Assembly (NCBI GenBank): GCA_964510585.1 | Contig: CAZECW010000155.1 | Coordinates: forward strand, 1 to 12,724 | Reading direction: 5' to 3' | Length of the DNA: 12,724 bases | Source: an uncultured archaeon | Lineage (GTDB): Archaea; Asgardarchaeota; Jordiarchaeia; Jordiarchaeales; Jordiarchaeaceae | Shown: piece by piece, positions 7,341 through 12,724 of the stretch | Position numbering within the stretch: position 1 is the first letter of the stretch | Layout: each line of letters starts with the position of its first letter | Notes under the pieces: model-generated | Told to the model about the DNA's origin: nothing | Database searches by the model: none | What the model saw: the letters and a program-made list of their open reading frames with translations, nothing else | Made by a program: the position numbers and the translations under genes

Positions 7341-8177
7341 CTAGTCCATAGGACCCTCTACTACAACTGATTCTTCCAATATATCGGGCCTAGTTTTAGC
7401 AAGAGTTTCAACTATTATCCCAGTTACCACAGCCTCAATCACTCCCACACCAGCATTGACCGGCAGCATAGCAGCCAAAAAGGCGCTGAACGAGTTAGTA
7501 CTGGCTATAATTGCGTTGAAAACAGCGTAGTAAACGTTTATTTCCATTATGGGGCCGAAAACTGGTTCCAGAAGCCACCCCAAGAGCATTTCACCCAAAG
7601 CCTCCAATTCATGCGGAAAGATTTGCGGGATAGGAATCAAAGGATTACCCAAAAAGTTAACCAGTGCGGTTTGAAACTGCTGGAAACCACCAGAAAAGGT
7701 AACAATGGTAACCGCCGCAAAGGTTCCAGCAATAAGCGCTACGAAGGTTGCCAGCCCAGCAGACACATCTCTCCTTTTAAGATAACGTTTCAAACCCACA
7801 TATACGCCAAAGCCTAGTGAGATCTCCACAAAGAGAACCACGGTGTTCGCCCCGATAACCGTAACCCCACCATGTCCCACTGCAGCGCTGAAAACGTTTA
7901 TTAGGAAAACAATTATCGCCCCAAACCATGGACCTGCCAGTATGCCTGCTAGAGGTGTGAAGTTCAGGTGTGTGCCTCCCAGAGGTGCTGGAACCGGTAT
8001 TTGCATTATTACAAACAGGAGACCGGTGAGAAGAGCGAATAGTACTACTTGGCGTTGGGAAGCTCCCTTCCTTTTTATCATGTAGAGACTGACAAGGAGT
8101 ATCCCTGCAGTTACTGCAAACCACAGAGCGCACCATTCAAGCGGCATGATTCCATCGGGTAAGTGTATATGCGCCAT
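7341..8177 (-). CDS. cbiM: ECF Ni/Co substrate-binding S component (CbiM/NikM family), 278 aa
   Basis: Start moved to the ATG at 8177, after GTGAGG, giving MAHIHLPDG. Motifs GGTHLNFTPLAGILAGP, GHGGVTVIGAN and a terminal GVIEAVVTG...RPDIL. Ni versus Co specificity cannot be read from the sequence; the adjacent nikR favours nickel. Confidence 0.88.
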   Translation of the reverse strand: MAHIHLPDGIMPLEWCALWFAVTAGILLVSLYMIKRKGASQRQVVLFALLTGLLFVIMQIPVPAPLGGTHLNFTPLAGILAGPWFGAIIVFLINVFSAAVGHGGVTVIGANTVVLFVEISLGFGVYVGLKRYLKRRDVSAGLATFVALIAGTFAAVTIVTFSGGFQQFQTALVNFLGNPLIPIPQIFPHELEALGEMLLGWLLEPVFGPIMEINVYYAVFNAIIASTNSFSAFLAAMLPVNAGVGVIEAVVTGIIVETLAKTRPDILEESVVVEGPMD

Positions 8178-8216
8178 AATCCTCACTTTATTAACTTTCA
8201 GCAATATTATTAATAA

Positions 8217-8243
8217 GAAATACATAAAAATTTTTCCTATTCT
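8217..8243. promoter_or_regulatory. Candidate NikR operator in the cbiM promoter
   Basis: GAAATAC-N13-CTATTCT is an imperfect dyad (AATA-N15-TATT core) 40-66 nt upstream of the cbiM ATG. It sits between two AT-rich TATA-like boxes (8205-8216 and 8243-8250). Confidence 0.3.
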
Positions 8244-8418
8244 TAATAAAACTACAAAAATCAGACAACCGGCATCAAAAATCCCGGCCCAGATACAGCG
8301 TTAGCCTCCATAACATTGACTCCCCCCTCAACAGTTCCACAAGAAGACCCCCTCCCAAGAACTAGAAGAATCAGGCACATCTCTAGGTACTGTTATCTTG
8401 AGTTTCTCACGGCCGAGC

Positions 8419-8445
8419 CAAAAAAGGAGAGGAACCCTCTTCTCT
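8419..8445 (-). terminator. Possible terminator downstream of nikR
   Basis: The minus strand reads gaAGAGG-gtt-CCTCTcc-TTTTTT, a short stem followed by T6, about 70-90 nt past the nikR stop. Confidence 0.3.
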
Positions 8446-8511
8446 AACTTGCCAAAGAGAATACTTCTAAAAGGCTGGAAGAATACTTTTTAAAAAGTGC
8501 GATAGCTTCTC

Positions 8512-8910
8512 TTAAACTTCTGCTAGCGTTGAGACATATTTAACCTGTTTGACGCCTTTAATATGTTTAATTTTCTGGATGATCTCCATGATTCTCGTCG
8601 AAATGCCCTTAACCACAAAAACCTCCAAGCAGTTAACCTGATCCAAATGCATGTGCATAAGAGTGTGGATAATGTCATCATAATTGTGCTCCAGGCTAAA
8701 CAAGGGATCCCTGTGGACACTCTTGTCGTAAATCACCAAAATAACCGCAATTGTTTCTTCACTAGTCCCCTTTGCCCACTCCGCCTCAACAACAATATCC
8801 CTAATAAAATCCCTGAGAGCCTCAGACCTACTAGAATACCCCTTATACTTCAAAACGTTATCCAACTTTTCCAACAAACTATCATTAATAGAGAGACTAA
8901 TAATAGGCAT
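8512..8910 (-). CDS. nikR: Nickel-responsive ribbon-helix-helix regulator NikR
   Basis: N-terminal RHH domain (PIISLSI...LDNVL...GYSSRSEALRD) and a C-terminal ACT-like domain with all four Ni ligands in pattern (LEH...HMH...NCLEV). It lies beside an ECF metal transporter. Confidence 0.93.
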   Translation of the reverse strand: MPIISLSINDSLLEKLDNVLKYKGYSSRSEALRDFIRDIVVEAEWAKGTSEETIAVILVIYDKSVHRDPLFSLEHNYDDIIHTLMHMHLDQVNCLEVFVVKGISTRIMEIIQKIKHIKGVKQVKYVSTLAEV

Positions 8911-8941
8911 ACAACATCAAAAAACAAATAATTCACAAACC

Positions 8942-8953
8942 TAATAAATTTAT
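8942..8953 (-). promoter_or_regulatory. Putative TATA box of nikR
   Basis: The minus strand reads TATAAATTTATTA, 32-43 nt upstream of the ATG. Confidence 0.4.
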
Positions 8954-8958
8954 AGATG

Positions 8959-8990
8959 AAAACACCTCTCTCCCAAAACACCCTCTTCCC
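8959..8990. repeat. Imperfect 16-bp tandem direct repeat
   Basis: aaaacacctctctccc / aaaacaccctcttccc, 12 of 16 positions identical. Confidence 0.55.
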
Positions 8991-9101
8991 GTAATACAGA
9001 AATAAGCGTGTTTCGAGGCGAGTTTTGGAGTCCGTAGGAATTGAAAAAATTTGAAATGATTTTCGAATCTTTTGAAAAACCCTTTGAGCCAGGTTCTCCT
9101 C

Positions 9102-9875
9102 CTACTTTTGGGGTTTGAACAATGGACAATCAATGGTTTTATTTATAAGACATTTTATGCAGGAGGCGTCTGTCTCTATCCTATCCTTACAGAGAAATAT
9201 TTTCAATTTGGTGTAGCGGGGCATTATTTCCTCCTGCTCATCTAAGCTCATTTCGCTAAAGCTTTTTTCTATTTGCCCCAACACTTCCTCCATCTCCTTT
9301 TTGCTTATAGTATCCTTTTCTAGTGAACTGTATCCTTGCAAAGCCTTTTGCTTGCCAGATGGCTTCTTTTCCTCCACTTCTTGGATTATTGTTGCTGTTT
9401 CTCCGCTTGCTGCCATACTTACCGCTTCAACTGTTACTCCCTCGATTTTTTCTCCCAGCGGTTTCCCCACTATATTTTCTTTTTGAAGCGGGGATTCAGT
9501 TAATGTTTCCTCCGTCTTTTGAAGCTCTCCACCTACAGCGAATCCAGGAGAGACGCTCTGACAGCCAATGCCAACTGAATCTTGCTCATCTAGGGGAGTC
9601 GTGGCACCACTTTGAGTTTGCTCCCCCTCTATCTCTTCCGGTTTATTTCGTTCTTTTAGAAGGGATAATACTGCTGATTGAACTTCACTGGATAGCTCTG
9701 CGTATTTTAAAATCATACTATGATATTTTGGTGGGAAGGCTTTTAGTTTGCAGTATAAGTTGTCTGCGTCTTGAGGGCTCATTCCCGATTTGACCAAGAT
9801 GGAAGTGATGGCTTCCTTTAACTCAGTTGTTGGTTCACCCAAAGCGGGACTATTTCTGCTGCTTGCGTCTGCCAA
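9102..9875 (-). CDS. Hypothetical protein: helical N-terminus, acidic low-complexity linker, C-terminal four-Cys cluster
   Basis: 257-aa ORF with a TTG start after GGGGT and an upstream TATA box. It ends in C-x9-C-x2-C-x7-CP. No family recognised. Confidence 0.75.
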   Translation of the reverse strand: MADASSRNSPALGEPTTELKEAITSILVKSGMSPQDADNLYCKLKAFPPKYHSMILKYAELSSEVQSAVLSLLKERNKPEEIEGEQTQSGATTPLDEQDSVGIGCQSVSPGFAVGGELQKTEETLTESPLQKENIVGKPLGEKIEGVTVEAVSMAASGETATIIQEVEEKKPSGKQKALQGYSSLEKDTISKKEMEEVLGQIEKSFSEMSLDEQEEIMPRYTKLKIFLCKDRIETDASCIKCLINKTIDCPLFKPQK

Positions 9876-9912
9876 CTCTATTACCCCAAAATGCCGAATG
9901 TTGGACGATGTC

Positions 9913-9920
9913 TATATAAA
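9913..9920 (-). promoter_or_regulatory. TATA box upstream of the 257-aa gene
   Basis: The minus strand reads TTTATATA, 38-45 nt upstream of the TTG start. Confidence 0.5.
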
Positions 9921-10010
9921 ATTTGGGGGAGTACCCATATAAAAATTATGAATCTTTAGAACAAAATAAATCCAATTTACTCATGTAAGTTTTGAAAATA
10001 ATAAAAAACA

Positions 10011-10445
10011 TTACCCTGTTTTATACTCAATTTTCCCATTTTTTCCATTCTTTGGGGGCTCGATCTTGAAGCTTATGTCAAACTCGCCGCAGTAAGCCCT
10101 CATAAAGGATTCGCAGAAGTGGGGACAGAAGTTAGTCACACCACTTATCCTCGCCGTCCGCATATATCCGCAGTTCTCAAGGTTACATTCCGCCTCTGCC
10201 TTTTTCCCCTTAATCTCTTTCGGGTGAGGAATACCAAGAGACGCACCCAACATTAAAAGGTAACGCAAAGCATACTCCCTATCCTTTCCAAAAATCCTCT
10301 TAACACTCTGAGCCGCGTTAAAACCCTGAGCCGCAGCATAATCACGCTCACTACCCGTCCTTTGAGCAAACTGGTAACCACCAACAATGGCAGCCAAACA
10401 AAAAGTTTTGGCAATCTCCAACTTCTCATCACTGGAAAACGACAT
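10011..10445 (-). CDS. Hypothetical protein, possibly V4R/ATC-hydrolase-like fold with clustered cysteines
   Basis: 144-aa ORF with GGAGG 6 nt upstream. The pattern ECNLENCGY...A...G...FCPHFC followed by beta-strand-like segments resembles V4R-like proteins; this resemblance is from recall only. Confidence 0.7.
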   Translation of the reverse strand: MSFSSDEKLEIAKTFCLAAIVGGYQFAQRTGSERDYAAAQGFNAAQSVKRIFGKDREYALRYLLMLGASLGIPHPKEIKGKKAEAECNLENCGYMRTARISGVTNFCPHFCESFMRAYCGEFDISFKIEPPKNGKNGKIEYKTG

Positions 10446-10492
10446 ATCAATCCTCCATCAACACATTGTCAATAAAAAATATCTACCTGAAA

Positions 10493-10507
10493 ATATAAAT
10501 TTTAGTG
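10493..10507 (-). promoter_or_regulatory. BRE-TATA promoter of the 144-aa gene
   Basis: The minus strand reads cactAAAA-TTTATAT, about 48-62 nt upstream of the ATG. Confidence 0.5.
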
Positions 10508-10719
10508 TGAAGATTTAACCGTCTTAATCAAACAATTAATAATACGGCTCCAAATCACAAAAGAACATCCACACCTATTCTAACAAACGTCAAATTAACT
10601 GCCCTAAGAAAAAGAACCCAAAAAACCTTCCCCGAAAAGGAAGCAATAATAAAACCATTTGTTCAGTCCCCAAAATCCACATGCATAAAGTTCTGGTTCA
10701 AAGCAGCCCCTCCGCGGTT

Positions 10720-10820
10720 CCGGAAAAAAGAGATCGAGACACCTTAAAGGGAAAAAATGTTAACCCCTCCATATCCTCTAGCAAAGCTTCTCTACTTCTC
10801 CTAGCCACCCGGAAAAAAGA
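10720..10820. repeat. 12-bp exact direct repeat CCGGAAAAAAGA (10720-10731 and 10809-10820)
   Basis: Read directly. A degenerate third copy, CCCGAAAAGGAA, starts at 10631, giving 89-nt spacing twice. Confidence 0.5.
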
Positions 10821-10893
10821 CGTAAAGCGCCAAACTATCACCAGAAGCTGAACACATACTTGGCTGCTGATTTTTAAAGATTAACTAAAGATA

Positions 10894-11020
10894 TCAACTC
10901 ACACTTCTAATTCTTTCCATTCAATCTATTAGCAGTCCCACTTCCTCCCATAAACCACATCACCCCCCCCACCACACTAGACTAAACTTCGAAGTCAACT
11001 ACGTTATCAATTCTTTCCAT
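10894..11020. repeat. Degenerate direct repeat with exact core AATTCTTTCCAT (10909-10920 and 11009-11020)
   Basis: The two cores are 100 nt apart, and each is preceded by TCAACT and ACTAAA. Confidence 0.55.
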
Positions 11021-11084
11021 GCACCATCCCTCACTCTCAGTATTGGACTCTGCCACAACCTCCCTTCACTCAGCCCTCTAGGCT

Positions 11085-11294
11085 TCACCTAGAAATCACC
11101 TGACAGTTTCTAGTACCAAATACGCCTCGTAAGGTTAATGTGTGGGTCAAGCCATTCTCTAACATATGTACATATACCTCGAGAACAGTGTGACCCACAA
11201 TTTTGTATGGATGTACTTCTCCTCCTTTTTGAGGATGCCGGCGTCTTCCCTCTTTAAGTAAGGCTTCTCTCTGCAAATTATCAAGACATGTCAC
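11085..11294 (-). CDS. Doubtful small ORF (69 aa) or gene remnant
   Basis: GTG start 4 nt after GGAGG; no recognisable motif. An overlapping +1 frame also looks protein-like, and the region is full of inverted repeats. Confidence 0.3.
   Translation of the reverse strand: MTCLDNLQREALLKEGRRRHPQKGGEVHPYKIVGHTVLEVYVHMLENGLTHTLTLRGVFGTRNCQVISR
11137..11202. repeat. Nested imperfect inverted repeat (long hairpin)
   Basis: TGTGGGTCA (11141-11149) pairs with TGACCCACA (11191-11199), TTCTC (11155-11159) pairs with GAGAA (11181-11185), and the central palindrome is ATATGTACATAT (11164-11175). All are centred near 11170. Confidence 0.7.
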
Positions 11295-11480
11295 CTTCCC
11301 TCCAAATAAGGAAAGTAATTTAAAGAGGAAAGCGGAAGATATCTATGACTTCTACAAAAGTAATAAATATACCTATCATCACATATTATTCTTGAATAAA
11401 TTTTAAAGCTTCTAAATTAAAGAAAAATGCATATGGGGAAAAGCGTTGCCTAGAAAAATTGATTCAATCCCAGTAGGTTG

Positions 11481-12724
11481 ATGGATTTGCTTGGCAAAGT
11501 AAATAAGAGACATATACTAGGTCTTGCACTTACTCTATTCTTAAGTGTATTAATAATAGCGCCTATCCTCGCATCAAACAACCAGATACCTGCTCCACTA
11601 AACTCCCTTATCAATTACAATTCTCCAGTCAATTCTAAGGCTAATCCCGGACCTGTGCCATTGTCTAATTGGTGGAATACTAGTTGGGGATACCGGGTAC
11701 AAGTCAATGTAACAGAGCCAGGGTATTATGATAGAATAAACCAGTCAGTCATAGTAAACCTTAACTTCGACGAAGAAAAATGTTACAATAACAGCATTCG
11801 AGTACTTTACTACAATGACTCCACATCCCAATGGGTGGAAGTGCCAAGTCAAGTAGAGAATAAAACCTATCACTCCTCACCCTACAATAATTACCTCAAG
11901 AGTTGCTCTCTCATTTTTCTAGCCAACGTCACCAAGGGAGGAACCTCAACATACTATGTATACTACAACACCACCTATAATGAAGCACCCAAAACATACT
12001 CAACCCCCCTCAACGTCACCTACGGTACACCCTACCCCGGTTACAGCAGTGGAAGCTATATTCACTTTGAAACCGGATTAATAAACGGCACCTACATGGT
12101 TGTTAAACCCAGCGGATACAACGGAGACGGCGACGCATCCTTCCAAGAATTCTGGGTCAGCGGATATAACCTTATAGCCTCCACTGGAACTCACAGAGGA
12201 ATAGACCGTATAGACGCAGACTGGGACTGCTACATTAACTGGCAGGTAGAATTTCTAGAACAAGGACCACTAAGAGTTAAAGTTAAAGTATACAAATTAA
12301 GCACTGATACCACCGTAACTGGTTTTAGTTATGGACCCACAAACAAGACCTACACCTTCTACGCCTATCAAAGCTATGTCTCCGTCCTAGTTGAAAGCGC
12401 AACCCCCAGTAACCAAATATACGACTTCGCAACCATATACGTCACAAACCAGTGGAACTTCTACGTAGACAGCACCAACCTAGGAACAGCAACAAGCTAT
12501 AACGGTGGCACTTGGACTGATAGAAAAGCTCCCAATCAACCTCAAAACTATACTGCGCTTATCAGAAATGATGGTATTGGATTAGGTCTTCTCGGTGCTC
12601 CACAATGGCCGAGAGACACTGCAAATGGCACCAGTATGGAGTACGGCGTAGGTATAGATAAAGGTAGCACATGGGGGAATAATCCGAACAATTTTGGTAA
12701 CAGGAATGATGGAAGAGAAGGACA
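11481..12724 (+). CDS. Secreted or cell-surface glycoprotein with a DUF2341-like N-terminal domain; 3'-truncated by the window and absent from the ORF track
   Basis: ATG at 11481 follows an in-frame TGA at 11460 and is open for 414 codons to the window end. Signal peptide MDLLGKVNKRHILGLALTLFLSVLIIAPILA, motifs WWNTSWGYRVQVNVTEPG and WVEVPSQV, 13 N-x-S/T sequons, rich in Y/T/N/S. Confidence 0.88.
   Translation, partial: MDLLGKVNKRHILGLALTLFLSVLIIAPILASNNQIPAPLNSLINYNSPVNSKANPGPVPLSNWWNTSWGYRVQVNVTEPGYYDRINQSVIVNLNFDEEKCYNNSIRVLYYNDSTSQWVEVPSQVENKTYHSSPYNNYLKSCSLIFLANVTKGGTSTYYVYYNTTYNEAPKTYSTPLNVTYGTPYPGYSSGSYIHFETGLINGTYMVVKPSGYNGDGDASFQEFWVSGYNLIASTGTHRGIDRIDADWDCYINWQVEFLEQGPLRVKVKVYKLSTDTTVTGFSYGPTNKTYTFYAYQSYVSVLVESATPSNQIYDFATIYVTNQWNFYVDSTNLGTATSYNGGTWTDRKAPNQPQNYTALIRNDGIGLGLLGAPQWPRDTANGTSMEYGVGIDKGSTWGNNPNNFGNRNDGREG

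Noticed and set aside
8261-8380. 39-aa minus-strand ORF (MCLILLVLG...) as a cbiN-like gene, and an overlapping frame LEKRVPLLFWLGREKLKITVP
   Set aside because: There is no RBS, no two-helix CbiN pattern and no recognisable homology.
8178-8511. Cobalamin or NiCo riboswitch upstream of cbiM
   Set aside because: No B12-box or GGGAA..GGTG.AA.TCC core was found by eye. An Rfam scan would settle it.
268-8931. Short antisense or alternate-frame ORFs in the track, such as 4300-4920, 5655-6290, 3389-3820 and 8563-8931
   Set aside because: They lie inside well-supported genes and show no motifs, so they are treated as shadow ORFs. The same applies to 9301-9486, 9323-9793 and 10253-10450.
10690-10725. 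GGTTCAAAG as a tRNA T-loop
   Set aside because: There is no 5-bp T-stem and no cloverleaf.
10555-10743. Minus-strand frame with one in-frame TGA (10663-10665) as a possible selenoprotein
   Set aside because: There is no redox motif around the TGA, no good start or RBS, and no SECIS recognised.
10631-11020. CRISPR array
   Set aside because: The repeats are only 12 nt, there are at most three copies, the spacing is 89-100 nt, and no cas genes are in the window.
11138-11257. Plus-strand peptide containing YVHIP..C...C as a radical-SAM fragment
   Set aside because: It lacks CxxxCxxC and is only 39 aa, so the match is probably coincidental.
11325-11335. GAGGAAAG as the RNase P RNA P4 motif
   Set aside because: It is followed by CGG rather than TCC, and no partner P4 strand was seen.
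11077-11340. IS200/IS605 or MITE call for the hairpin-rich segment
   Set aside because: No TnpA or TnpB motifs, terminal repeats or target duplication were identified. It is kept only as a hypothesis in the findings.

Overview
Archaeal chromosomal window. The archaeal call rests on TATA boxes, GGAGG/GGTGA ribosome-binding sites and an archaeal-type surface glycoprotein; the lineage cannot be fixed from this window. The + strand carries glpA (5'-truncated by the window), glpB, a GlpC/HdrD-type Fe-S subunit and an FAD enzyme. That enzyme is of the alkyl-DHAP synthase (AGPS)/YgcU type, not GlcD. Converging on it from the - strand is an atypical ECF Ni/Co transporter (cbiM/nikM-cbiQ-cbiO) preceded by nikR. 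Two orphan Cys-containing genes follow, then about 1 kb of intergenic DNA rich in inverted and direct repeats, then the start of a large secreted glycoprotein at 11481 that the ORF track missed. The best candidate for an undescribed system is the GlpABC plus AGPS-like cluster, possibly acting in glycerol-ether lipid breakdown or synthesis. The second is a metal ECF transporter whose only ATPase here lacks the switch histidine and which has no cbiN/nikN gene in the window. All family assignments come from motif recognition by eye; no database searches were run.
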